Made by a program: the position numbers and the translations under genes
Shown here: one piece after another, positions 1-9,814 of the stretch
Layout: each line of letters begins with the position of its first letter
Position numbering within the stretch: the stretch's first letter is position 1
The notes under the pieces: model-generated
Told to the model about the DNA's origin: nothing
Databases searched by the model: none
Seen by the model: the letters and a program-made list of their open reading frames with translations, nothing else
Source: Acidimicrobiales bacterium
GTDB taxonomy: Bacteria; Actinomycetota; Acidimicrobiia; Acidimicrobiales; CAIXPF01
Direction: 5' to 3'
Assembly: GCA_046155365.1 (NCBI GenBank)
Contig: JBJXFH010000198.1
Span: 337 to 64,336, forward strand
Length of the DNA: 64,000 nt

Positions 1-500
1 GCGCATCCGGCGGCGGGGCGGTCTGCGCCGGGCTCGGGCTGTTGGCCCGTGACCGCGCCGAGGTGCCGGTCTGCTACCAGTTCCTGGTGTTCCCGATGAT
101 CGACGATCGCAACGAGACGCCGATGTCACACCAGATCCTCGATCCTCGCTTGTGGAACCGCACCGCCAACCTGATCGGTTGGAACTCCTATCTCGAAGGC
201 CGCGCCGGCGCACCCGACATCCCCATCTATGCGGCGGCGTCGCGGGCCACCATTGAGCAGTTGGCGGGCCTTCCTCCCACCTACATCAACGTCGGTGACC
301 TGGACCTTTTCGTTGACGAAGACGTGGAGTACGCCCGCCGGTTGCGCCTGGCCGGGGTACCGGTTGAGCTGCACGTCTACCCCGGGGCATTCCACGGGTC
401 GAACAACTCCGTCTCGCGTTCGGAGCTCTCCCGCCGCTGGAAGGCCGACGAACGCGCCGCGCTGCACCGGGCACTGCACGGTCGCGAGCTTGACTCCTAG
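1..500 (+). CDS. alpha/beta-hydrolase fold-3 (HSL-type) esterase/lipase, C-terminal part; 5' end lies outside the window
   Basis: Frame 3 is open from nt 3. The translation begins inside a nucleophile-elbow-like segment (ASGGGAVCAGLGLLARD). It continues through the acid/His region (VGDLDLFVDEDVEYARRL, YPGAFHGS). Stop at 498-500. Confidence 0.75.
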   Translation, partial: ASGGGAVCAGLGLLARDRAEVPVCYQFLVFPMIDDRNETPMSHQILDPRLWNRTANLIGWNSYLEGRAGAPDIPIYAAASRATIEQLAGLPPTYINVGDLDLFVDEDVEYARRLRLAGVPVELHVYPGAFHGSNNSVSRSELSRRWKADERAALHRALHGRELDS

Positions 501-566
501 CCAACCGGAGAGATAGCTCGGCTAGAAGGTGGTGGTTGCTAGCCTTTCTCACGGGAGGGCGGTACG

Positions 567-1163
567 GTGGTGGTCATGGGTGACGCGGCGATCGTGGAGC
601 TGTCCGCTGCAGAGGTGGAACGGCTGCGCAAGCGATATCCGGACCTGCGTCATTGGGGTCGGGTTGTGGCCGTCGGTGTGGATGACGACCCTGCCGCGGA
701 CGTGCTGGCCGCGTTGGGGTCGGGGCCGTTGAGCGCGGTCCGTAAACCGGCGTCATGGGAGCAGGCTCGCCGCAACTTGGCGATGCGCCAGCGGATCGTT
801 GAAGAGTTCGGTGCGCTCAGCGCGGCGGAGCTGGGGGAGTGGGCCACCCCGGGGGCCGCCAACTCCCACCAGTACGCCAGCCGGTTGCGCAAAGCGAACC
901 GTGTGTTCTCCGTGCCGTTCGAGGGGCGCACCATGTTCCTGGGATTTCAGTTCGATGGGGATGGCCGACCGTTGCCGGCGCTGGCGGACACGTTGGCGCT
1001 GCTGCGGACACGTTTCGTTGAGGGGGACTGGGCCGTTGCCAGTTGGTTCACGTCCCCGAACCCGTACCTGGCCGGTAAGGGGCGGCCGGTTGATCTGCTG
1101 GTCACAGACCCCGAGGCGGTTATCGCCGCCGCCGGGCGGGGCGCTCATCGCGTCGCCAGCTGA
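567..1163 (+). CDS. Xre/MbcA/ParS-type antitoxin (DUF2384-like C-terminal toxin-binding domain)
   Basis: 198-aa ORF ending 11 nt before the RES gene. The C-terminal segment DWAVASWFTSPNPYLAGKGRPVDLLVTDPEAV fits the antitoxin signature that partners RES toxins. Confidence 0.6.
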   Translation: MVVMGDAAIVELSAAEVERLRKRYPDLRHWGRVVAVGVDDDPAADVLAALGSGPLSAVRKPASWEQARRNLAMRQRIVEEFGALSAAELGEWATPGAANSHQYASRLRKANRVFSVPFEGRTMFLGFQFDGDGRPLPALADTLALLRTRFVEGDWAVASWFTSPNPYLAGKGRPVDLLVTDPEAVIAAAGRGAHRVAS

Positions 1164-1174
1164 GCAGGTTCTCC

Positions 1175-1834
1175 GTGCCTGTGGGCGTGCCGCCGGCGGA
1201 TCCGGCGTTGGCGGTGCAGGTGTGGAAGGCCGGTCGGCGTCTGTTGCGGGTGGCCGATGATCAGTTCGGTGCGACCGAGTTCAACCCGTGCCTGGGGGAA
1301 CCGAGCCGGTTCGCGCCGATGGTGATCGACGGGCAATGCGTGCCCACGCTGTATGCCGCGGAGACGCTCGACGCGGTGCTGATGGAGTCGGTGTTCCGCG
1401 ACGTCGTGCTTGAGCGGGCTGAGGGGCCGCCGGAGGTGTACCTCGCTGATCTGGCCACCGTCAGACGGTCCACCATCACCGCCCGGCGTGATCTTCGCCT
1501 CGGCCGGCTCGACGATGACGCCCTGGAGGCCCTGGGCGTGCCGCGTGCCGAGCTGATCGACACCGACGCCGACACCTACCCCGACACGGTCCGCTGGGCG
1601 GTGCAGGCCCACGGTCTTGGCGCCGCTGACGGCCAGCCCCTCGATGGGCTCATCTGGCATTCCCGCCGGGCCGCCCTGGGATTGCGCACCCGGGACCTTG
1701 TCCTGGTGCTGTTCGGTGACCGGGTAGCCCGCAAGGATCTACGCAGCATCGGGACCCCCGTGCCCCTCCTCACCACCGGTCTCAGCGAGCTCGACGCCGT
1801 CGCCGACCGCCTCGGCGTCACCCTGGTCCGCTGA
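1175..1834 (+). CDS. RES-domain toxin (NAD+-targeting MbcT/ParT family)
   Basis: GTG start. The R/E/S hallmark residues appear in the expected order: EPSRFAP, LYAAETLDAVLMES, GLIWHSRRA followed by VLVLFG. Confidence 0.65.
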   Translation: MPVGVPPADPALAVQVWKAGRRLLRVADDQFGATEFNPCLGEPSRFAPMVIDGQCVPTLYAAETLDAVLMESVFRDVVLERAEGPPEVYLADLATVRRSTITARRDLRLGRLDDDALEALGVPRAELIDTDADTYPDTVRWAVQAHGLGAADGQPLDGLIWHSRRAALGLRTRDLVLVLFGDRVARKDLRSIGTPVPLLTTGLSELDAVADRLGVTLVR

Positions 1835-1974
1835 CCTCAGGCGTATGCATTCGGGGCGTCGCTGTGGCTCCTATGGAATTTGGCGGATGTCCCACCCTTC
1901 CTCCAGCGTGGCGGACGTCCTTTGGTGGAGGAACCTGCAAACGAGCCAGAAGTGGCGCTTACCTGAAGGGCGGG

Positions 1975-3240
1975 TCATGACAGGAGCGCGGCGATCTCGA
2001 CGAAGCCCTGCGATCGAGCATGATCAAGGGCGGTGACGCCGTTGTGGTCGGCGATTGCGGGGTCAGCGCCGGCATCGAGCAGGACGCGCACGATCTCCTG
2101 GTAGGGCTTCGTGCCGTCGCCGAGGATCACCGCTTCGAGCAGCGCGGTCCAGCCCAGGTCGTTGACGTGGTTGATATTGATGCCGAGACCAGCCACCCGA
2201 CGCACGTACTCGACGTGACCGCGTTCACTTGCGGGGATAATGGAGATGCCCCCGAAACGGTTGCGAAGGGTGAAATCCGGCTTGGCGGGCAGCAGCACGT
2301 CCACCATGGCCACGCTGCCGGTGACGCCGGTGACGAGCCACGGCGTATCCCGCTGGGCGTCCACCGCATCGGGGTCCGCGCCGTACCCAACCAACAGCCG
2401 CGCCACTGCGACGCGATCCTCGGTGACCGCCAGCAGCAACGGTGTGCGCTGACGGCTGTCACGGGTCTCGATATCGGCGCCGTTGCGAAGGGCGATGGCG
2501 GCCGCATCGGCATCTCCGCTGGCGGCGGCGGCGAGCAAGTGCTGGTTCGGGTCCAGGGGGGTATTCGAGCCCAATGCGGTCTGCAACGTGGTGACGATTG
2601 CTTGCTGTTGCCGGCTCTGGGCATGGTCGAGGGGGGTCACGCCATCCTCGGCGGATCGCAGCGCGAGGTCGGCGCCCCCTGCGACGAGCAAGCGAACCGT
2701 GTCGACATACCGATCGGTACCGTTGCCGAGGATGATCGCCTCGTGTAATGCCGTCCAGCCCAGGCCGTTCACGTGGTCGGCGTCGATGCCCTCCCGCAGC
2801 AGCCGGCCCACAATGGTGGCGTGACCCCGCTCGGCGGCACGTATGAGCCCGGTCCCGTTGAATCGGTCAAGGGACGCCACGTCAGCCCCGTGCTGGAACG
2901 TGAGATCGAGCAGCTCGTCGTACCCGTCGCTGGTGGCGATGAGGTACGCGCTCTGCTGGGTTGAGTCCTTGGCGTTGACGTCAGCGCCATCGGCAATCAG
3001 TTGCCGGGCCCGCGGCACATCGTTGGCCCACGCAGCCGCGATGAGCGCGTTGTCCAGGTCCACCTGTGACCCGGTGCTCGGTGTCGGCAACGCAACGTCC
3101 GCGGTAGAGGTGGAGGTGGAAGCTGCCGGCGCCTCTGTTGCCGATGCGCATCCGCCAACGGCCATCAGCGCGCCCACGGCAAGGGTCAGCCAACGTCCGC
3201 CTGGCCGTTCCTGATTGATGCGGCTGATCCCGGTCTTCAT
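1975..3240 (-). CDS. ankyrin-repeat lipoprotein (two blocks of ANK repeats)
   Basis: Signal peptide with lipobox (LTLAVGALMAVGGC). Repeated ANK consensus is present (G-A-D-x-N / TPL..A / LL..GAD), e.g. LIADGADVNAKD, RNGADIETRD, LLDAGADPAIADHNGVTALDHA. Confidence 0.8.
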   Translation of the reverse strand: MKTGISRINQERPGGRWLTLAVGALMAVGGCASATEAPAASTSTSTADVALPTPSTGSQVDLDNALIAAAWANDVPRARQLIADGADVNAKDSTQQSAYLIATSDGYDELLDLTFQHGADVASLDRFNGTGLIRAAERGHATIVGRLLREGIDADHVNGLGWTALHEAIILGNGTDRYVDTVRLLVAGGADLALRSAEDGVTPLDHAQSRQQQAIVTTLQTALGSNTPLDPNQHLLAAAASGDADAAAIALRNGADIETRDSRQRTPLLLAVTEDRVAVARLLVGYGADPDAVDAQRDTPWLVTGVTGSVAMVDVLLPAKPDFTLRNRFGGISIIPASERGHVEYVRRVAGLGININHVNDLGWTALLEAVILGDGTKPYQEIVRVLLDAGADPAIADHNGVTALDHARSQGFVEIAALLS

Positions 3241-3527
3241 CGCTGCGCGGAGAATGTAGCCCGGGCGCTGGCACCCATGGCGGCCGAGGTCTGACGCGCC
3301 CCAAGCGGATGCGTAGTTTCCGGTAAAGCCAGGAAACGCGGAGGCAGTAAAGACGACCCTGAAAGACGCCTTGGTTGATACGCATTCTTGAGCAATGGGC
3401 TACTCGGGCAAACTACGACGCCTACTTCAAGTGGCGGACTGGCACCGGAGTGATTGCAGCTGTAAGTGAGCTGTGTACGAAACCACTGGAGCCCAAGTAC
3501 TTCGACTTTGTTCGAGTCTGATCTGAG

Positions 3528-4420
3528 GTGATCCCGGCCGTTTGGGCCGTTCGTGGTCGGTCAAACAACCCGGCGCATGGGGTAGATCCCATTCGTCTGC
3601 TCCATGGGCTGAGACGACACGAGCAGAGGATCGGTGAGCTGCGGGCGCTCACCGCCGAGCACCCCCTGAGAGAGTCGCTTCACGCCCGGCTGGCGTTGGC
3701 CCTCTACCGCAGCGGCCGCCAATCCGAAGCGCTCCGAGCCCTGGCCGACGCCCGGCGTCTGCTGCGCGACGAACTCGGTCTCGAACCGAGTCGGCCACTG
3801 GCTGATCTAGAGCTCGCCATCCTCAATCAGGACCCCACCCTCGACCCGCCGCCGCCCGTCCTGGTTCGGGCGGATACGGACAACACCAGTGCCTTCGTGG
3901 GCCGCGACCAGGAGTTCGAAGCCCTTGTTGCGTCGTACAACGCTGCCGATCAAGACGCGCGGTTCGTTGTGATCGAGGGAGATCCGGGCATCGGTAAGAC
4001 CACGCCCGCTGGGACGCGCACTCCCGCCTCGTTGAACAATCACGCCAACTCGGCGTGGCCGGCCAGTTCGCCTTCTTCGGGGGTCAGATCCTGATGTACC
4101 AAGCGCTCATCGACGCCCAGCGAGGCGAGCTTGACGCGGCGCTGGCCACCTTCGCCAACGGGCGAGCGGGCTTCCGAGCCAACGGCGGCCGCACTGGCAT
4201 CGCCACCTGCCAAGCGCTACTGGCCGAGCAGCTGGCGCGGTCAGGGCGCATTAGCGACGCGGCCGCGCACGTCGCAGCTGCACGGCAGGACATCATCGAC
4301 ACCGGCGAAGGGACCAACGAGCTACCGGTCCGCATTGCCGAAGGCGTCCTCGCCCACGCCCAAGGTGACACCGACCTGGCCCGCCAACACTTCATCACCG
4401 CCATCCGAGCCGGCCGCTAA
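3528..4420 (+). pseudogene. remnant of a BTAD/SARP + P-loop NTPase + TPR regulator (no wHTH, internal deletion/frameshift)
   Basis: ORF 3528-4094 carries the BTAD tail (LALALYRSGRQSEALRALADARRLLRDELGLEP..LELAILNQDP) and Walker A (GDPGIGKTT), then turns to nonsense. A second frame (4055-4420) encodes only a short helical TPR-like C-terminus. About 600 aa expected between the two parts are missing. Confidence 0.6.
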
Positions 4421-4677
4421 CTCCGCGTCCTCGGGTCGTACTTCCTCCTCCCCGCAACCGTCATGCAGATGACATACCTCGCGGCTCACGCGCTGCCCTG
4501 AGCCCCCGGTTCAAGGTGGCTTGTCTCTGGCGAAACCACAAAGAGTTCGCAGTCGAAGGTCCTAAGACTGGACTTCATTGTGGACTAAAACAGTAGAGAC
4601 GCTGTCCGCTCGGTGCGTTGCTCGGTCCCCGATGTTGCTATAGCGTGGCGTTGCGTAGTTCACCAGAAGGCGGCGGC

Positions 4678-7600
4678 ATGGCAGGCGGATCAAGAAACTT
4701 CGACGCGTCCTCGCGCGCCGGCGGCCCTAAGCGGGGCATCAGTCGACGGGTGATGCTCAAGGGCATGGCCGGTACGGCGGTGGTCAGCGCCAACCTTGCC
4801 GGCGTCGCTGATCTCGCGGGAGCAGCCGGCCCTACAAACTCCGTCGCGGCCGAAAACAGCCTGCCCGGCTCGCCGCCCTCAGAGTGGGAGTCGTTTCGAT
4901 CATCCAACATCGTCGGATATGCCTCCGGGTTCACGTTTCTTCCGGGTGAGACGGTTCCGTTCAAGATCGACACGGCATCGACGAATTACCGAATCCGTGT
5001 GTACCGCCTCGGCTGGTATCAGGGCAACGGAGCCCGACGAGTTGCGGATCTCTCGCCCTCGGTTCCGCTTCCTCAAAACCAGCCAGCGCCGATCTTCGAG
5101 CGTGCCACGAACCTGGTTGACGCCGGGAACTGGGCCGTCTCCGCTTCTTGGACGATCCCGGCCACGGCCGTCTCCGGAGTGTATTACGCGTTGTTCGAGC
5201 GCCTGGACGCTCCCGAGGACAGTAACCACACCTTGTTCGTAGTGCGCCGGCCGGGGCCCTGCGACATCTTGGTGCAAACCTCAGACACGTCCTGGCAGGC
5301 GTACAACCGTTGGGGTGGGACCAGCCTCTATTGGGGTGACGCCGCCCACGGTGACAGCCGGGCCTACAAGGTGAGCTACAACCGCCCGCTCGTGCCGGAT
5401 GAGCAGGAGAACGATTTTCTCAATATCGAGTACAGCTTGGTTCGCTTCCTGGAGCGTAACGGCTTTGACGTGGCGTACTGCACAGGGTTGGACGTGCATC
5501 GGCGGGCCTCGGTCCCCGCCAACACCAGGGTGTTCGTCTCCTCAGGCCACGATGAGTATTGGTCGGGACAGATGCGCTCCCACGTCGAGGCGGCTCGTGA
5601 CGCTGGGGTTCACCTCATCTTCATGACCGGAAATGAAGTCTTCTGGAAAATACGCTTCGAGCCGTCCGTTGACGGTGCCGGTGCGGCCGACCGGACGTTG
5701 GTGTGTTATAAGGAGACCCTGGACGGCGCCAAGATCGACCCTCATCCCGAGTGGACCGGGACCTGGCGCGATCCCCGCTTCAGTCCGCCGTCTGATGGGG
5801 GGAGGCCGGAAAACGCGCTCACCGGCCAGCTCTTTCGCTGCATCAATCCCACTAGCGCCCCGGACTTCGCGATAGAGGTTCCCTGGATCTATTCCGCATT
5901 GAGGTTCTGGAGAAACACCGCGGTGTCGGCCTTGGCGCCTGGTGGGGTGACCAGCCTCATCTCCAACAGTCTGGGCTACGAATGGGATCAGGATGTCGAT
6001 AACGGGCACCGGCCCGCCGGGATGATTCATCTGTCCCAAACCACCGCGACGGCGCAGGACGTGCTGCAGGACTTTGGTCGTTCCTATCGGCCGGAGTCCG
6101 TCACCCATCACATGACCCTCTATCGGGCCAGCAGTGGCGCCTTGGTGTTCGGTGCCGGGACGGTCCAATGGGCGTACGGATTGGACTCCTACCATTTCAC
6201 CGACCCCTCGGCCTTCATCGATGGAACCATGCAGCAGGCCACCGTGAACCTGCTGGCTGACATGGGCGTGCAGCCGGCAACGCTGCAGTCCGACCTGTTG
6301 GCTGCCGCTGCGTCGACCGATGTGCTGGCGCCGGTTTCAGTGCTAGGCGCCCCGCTGTCAGGTGCAGTGGTTCCTGCGGGTGTCCCGCTCACCGTCACCG
6401 GAACCGCAGTCGATAGCGGCGGGGGCACGGTGGCCGCGGTGGAAGTATCCGTAGATGGTGGCGCCACGTGGCGGATGGCGACGGGTACGTCCTCCTGGAG
6501 CTTTGTGTTCACGCCGCTCACGTTGGGTCCCCTCACCCTGCGGTGCCGGGCGGTGGATGACAGCTTGAACTTGGAAAGCCCCGCTCCTGGCGTGGTGATC
6601 CAATGCAGCCCCCGTGCCCTACCGGCCCCGCTGTTCGCCTCGGGCTCGACACCGGCGCTGCCGGACTCCGGTGACGCCAACCCCATCGAGGTGGGGATGA
6701 AGTTTCGGACGCTCACGGACGGGTTCATTACCGGCTTCCGGTTCTACAAGGCTCCCGCCAATACCGGTGTGCACGTGGGGCGGCTGTGGACCAGCGCTGG
6801 CGTTGTGTTGGCCACGGCCACCTTTGCTGGAGAATCTCCCAGCGGATGGCAGACCGTGGCCGTCCCACCCGTGCCTGTCGCCGCCGGGGTGACGTACATC
6901 GTGTCCGTGTACATGCCGAACGGCCGATACTCCGTTGACGCCGGCTTCTTCAATGCGCCCTATGAGCTGTGGCCCCAACGCGCGCTGGCCAACGGGGAGG
7001 ACGGGCCCAACGGGCTGTATCGGTACGGATCCAGCGGCTTTCCGCTCAGCAGTTTCGGGGCGTCGAACTACTGGGTGGACGCTATCTTTGACCTCGATAA
7101 CCAGGCCGCTCCCACCGTCGTTGACCACGATCCGGCTAACGGCGTCGAGCTGGTGGCACGCAACCAGAGCGTCACGGCGACCCTCAGCGAAGCAATGAAT
7201 GCGGCCTCGCTGGTGCTCGAACTGCGGGGGCCCGGGTCTCAGCTGGTGGCAGGTGGCTCGAGTTATGATGCCAGTTTCCGGCGCTTGACGTTCACGCCCA
7301 GTGGCGCGCTGGCGGCGCACACGTACTACACCGCCACGGTGGTGGCCGCAGTGGACCGCTCGGGCGATGCCATGGACGCACCGTACTCGTGGACGTTTAC
7401 CACGACGGGAGACCCCGGCACGGTGCCGACCGGCCTATGGGACGGATCCGCAGTGCCGGGCACAATCGCGGCCACGGAGACCAGCGCGGTGGAACTCGGT
7501 GTGCGGATCCGAAGCTCGGTGGATGGGCAGATCACCGCCCTGCGCTTCTATAAGGCGCCCGGCAGTCCCGGACCCCACGTAGGTCATCTTTGGACCGAGG

Positions 7601-9498
7601 CCGGGGTACTGCTGGGAACGGTGCAATTCAGTAACGAGACCGCCTCGGGCTGGCAACAGGCGGTGCTGCCCACCCCGGTGCCCATTCGACGGAACCAGGC
7701 CTACATTGTGTCCTGTTATAACCCCGGCGGCGTTTTTCCCTATTCCACGGGCTATTTCACCGGTACCGGCGTGACCCGGGGGCCGTTGAACGTGGATCCG
7801 AGCGTGGATGGGGCACGCAGCGGGCTGTACGTCTACGGGCCTAGCGCCATGCCCACCAGTGTGTACCTCAACTCCAATTACTGGGTTGACGCGGTGTTCG
7901 CTATCCCGCCTGACACCGTCGGACCGGAGGTGGCCAATGTGGTTCCGGCGCCGGGCCTGCTGGCAGTGGCACCAAACGATGCCATCGCCGCAACGTTCAA
8001 CGAGCCGATTGATCCGGCCGGGCTGAGCATGATCCTGAGGGACTCGCTGGGCGTCAACGTGGCCGGCACCGTGACCTACGATGCGGTGGGCTTTACCGGC
8101 AGGTTCGCTCCGTCGGCGCCGCTGTCGCCGGGAAGTGTGTACGCGGCGTCGGTATCGGCTCGGGACGCGGTCGGTAACGTGATGGCGTCACCGTACAGTT
8201 GGAGCTTCACCACCGCCGTGCCTTCCGGCCACACCCCGGTGACGCTGTGGGAGAGTGCGATCACGCCCGCCGTCGCTGCGGCCAATGACAACGCGGGCCT
8301 GGAGTTGGGGGTGCGGTTCGCGGTTGACCGTCCGGGGGTGATCAGCGGGATCCGCTTCTATAAGGGAGTGGGCAACAGCGGCGTGCACATCGGTCATTTG
8401 TGGCGGGATGACGGTACCTTGCTGGCGACCACCACCTTCGCTGCTGAGACGGCAGTGGGCTGGCAGCAGGCGCTGTTCGCCACACCAATCGCCGTGGCAC
8501 CGGGTGCGATGTATGTGGCGTCCTATTACGCGCCTGTGGGGCGATACTCGGTGGACGTGGGGTACTTCAATGCCGCCTCGGCCGGGAGTTCGCCATTGCG
8601 TGCGCCGCTCAGCACCGCCGAAACCAGAAACGGGGTGTACGCCTACGGCAACGGGGCCTTTCCCTCCAACAGCTGGAATGGTTCAAACTACTGGGTCGAT
8701 GTGATCTTCGCGGACAACGTCGGCCCCAGCGTCAGCAGCCAGATCCCGGCCCCGGGTTCAGTGGATGTGCTTGCCGATGCAACCGTCGTGGCCGGATTCG
8801 ACGAACCAGTCACCCCGGCGTCGATATCGTTCACCCTCCGAGATGGCGGCGGAGCGACGCTCGGCGGGACGCTCGCCTATGACGGCGCCACCCGCCGGGC
8901 GACGTATACCCCTGCATCGGCCTTGATCAGCGGGGCGTCCTATACCGCCGCGGTGTCTGGGGCGCGGGACCTGGCAGGCAATCCGATGGTGGCGCCCTCG
9001 GTATGGAGCTTTACGGTGGCATCCGCCGGCCTGAACTCGTTGTGGCCGCTCTCGGCGGTGCCTGCCGTGGCGTCCTCGGGTGACACGGAGCCGATCGAAC
9101 TGGGGGTGCAGTTCGAGGCCTCGACGCCGGGCGTGGTGCGCGGCGTGCGCTTCTACAAAGGCAGCGGCAATACCGGTGTACACGTGGGTCGTCTTTGGAC
9201 CCAAGATGGGGTGCTGCTGGCCGTCACCACCTTTACAGGCGAGTCGGCGAGCGGCTGGCAGTCCATGTCTTTCCCCACGCCGGTCCGGATCCAGCCGGGT
9301 CAGCGCTATGTGGCGTCCTACTTTGCGCCGCGCGGTAACTACTCCGTGAGCAGCGGCTACTTCGCCACCGATTACACGGCCGGACCGCTGAGCGCGCCGG
9401 GCGCGGTCAACGGGTTGTTCCGGTATGGGGGAGGTTTCCCCACGGGCACCTGGGCGGCGAGCAACTACTGGGTGGACCTGGTCTTCGCAGCGGACTGA
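4678..9498 (+). CDS. Tat-secreted giant protein: DMFase-beta-subunit-like N-domain, Ig-like domains and four DUF4082 modules
   Basis: Twin-arginine motif ISRRVMLKG. The N-domain shows YRIRVYRLGWYQG and DTSWQAYNRWGGTSLY. The DUF4082 signature occurs four times (ELGV.F....G.I.G.RFYKG.GNTGVHVG.LW....GWQ....NYWVD..F), separated by SbsA-type Ig-like domains. The ORF opens at 4618; the ATG at 4678 is preferred. Confidence 0.85.
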   Translation: MAGGSRNFDASSRAGGPKRGISRRVMLKGMAGTAVVSANLAGVADLAGAAGPTNSVAAENSLPGSPPSEWESFRSSNIVGYASGFTFLPGETVPFKIDTASTNYRIRVYRLGWYQGNGARRVADLSPSVPLPQNQPAPIFERATNLVDAGNWAVSASWTIPATAVSGVYYALFERLDAPEDSNHTLFVVRRPGPCDILVQTSDTSWQAYNRWGGTSLYWGDAAHGDSRAYKVSYNRPLVPDEQENDFLNIEYSLVRFLERNGFDVAYCTGLDVHRRASVPANTRVFVSSGHDEYWSGQMRSHVEAARDAGVHLIFMTGNEVFWKIRFEPSVDGAGAADRTLVCYKETLDGAKIDPHPEWTGTWRDPRFSPPSDGGRPENALTGQLFRCINPTSAPDFAIEVPWIYSALRFWRNTAVSALAPGGVTSLISNSLGYEWDQDVDNGHRPAGMIHLSQTTATAQDVLQDFGRSYRPESVTHHMTLYRASSGALVFGAGTVQWAYGLDSYHFTDPSAFIDGTMQQATVNLLADMGVQPATLQSDLLAAAASTDVLAPVSVLGAPLSGAVVPAGVPLTVTGTAVDSGGGTVAAVEVSVDGGATWRMATGTSSWSFVFTPLTLGPLTLRCRAVDDSLNLESPAPGVVIQCSPRALPAPLFASGSTPALPDSGDANPIEVGMKFRTLTDGFITGFRFYKAPANTGVHVGRLWTSAGVVLATATFAGESPSGWQTVAVPPVPVAAGVTYIVSVYMPNGRYSVDAGFFNAPYELWPQRALANGEDGPNGLYRYGSSGFPLSSFGASNYWVDAIFDLDNQAAPTVVDHDPANGVELVARNQSVTATLSEAMNAASLVLELRGPGSQLVAGGSSYDASFRRLTFTPSGALAAHTYYTATVVAAVDRSGDAMDAPYSWTFTTTGDPGTVPTGLWDGSAVPGTIAATETSAVELGVRIRSSVDGQITALRFYKAPGSPGPHVGHLWTEAGVLLGTVQFSNETASGWQQAVLPTPVPIRRNQAYIVSCYNPGGVFPYSTGYFTGTGVTRGPLNVDPSVDGARSGLYVYGPSAMPTSVYLNSNYWVDAVFAIPPDTVGPEVANVVPAPGLLAVAPNDAIAATFNEPIDPAGLSMILRDSLGVNVAGTVTYDAVGFTGRFAPSAPLSPGSVYAASVSARDAVGNVMASPYSWSFTTAVPSGHTPVTLWESAITPAVAAANDNAGLELGVRFAVDRPGVISGIRFYKGVGNSGVHIGHLWRDDGTLLATTTFAAETAVGWQQALFATPIAVAPGAMYVASYYAPVGRYSVDVGYFNAASAGSSPLRAPLSTAETRNGVYAYGNGAFPSNSWNGSNYWVDVIFADNVGPSVSSQIPAPGSVDVLADATVVAGFDEPVTPASISFTLRDGGGATLGGTLAYDGATRRATYTPASALISGASYTAAVSGARDLAGNPMVAPSVWSFTVASAGLNSLWPLSAVPAVASSGDTEPIELGVQFEASTPGVVRGVRFYKGSGNTGVHVGRLWTQDGVLLAVTTFTGESASGWQSMSFPTPVRIQPGQRYVASYFAPRGNYSVSSGYFATDYTAGPLSAPGAVNGLFRYGGGFPTGTWAASNYWVDLVFAAD

Positions 9499-9814
9499 GG
9501 TCGGCTGGCGAATGGGCTACTGAACCAATAACCCTTGCCGCGGGTTGGTAGTTGTGGCCACTCCCACAGCATTCGCATGAAGGACCTCAGTTGTGCCCAT
9601 CGGACATCGGAATGCTGTTGCAACACCGGATGGATCTCCGGCGAGGTCACCAACAAACGTGGGGGATACGATAGAGGAGTCGGGAGCAGCTGTCCCCGGT
9701 ATTGGGTTAGGCGGAGAACAACCCGTGGGGCCAGAAGTGGAACGAGTCAACCATGCCCGTTGTCCCGTAACGTCCCTCGTATCTGCACGTTCGGCGGGCT
9801 CTACACATGCGGGC

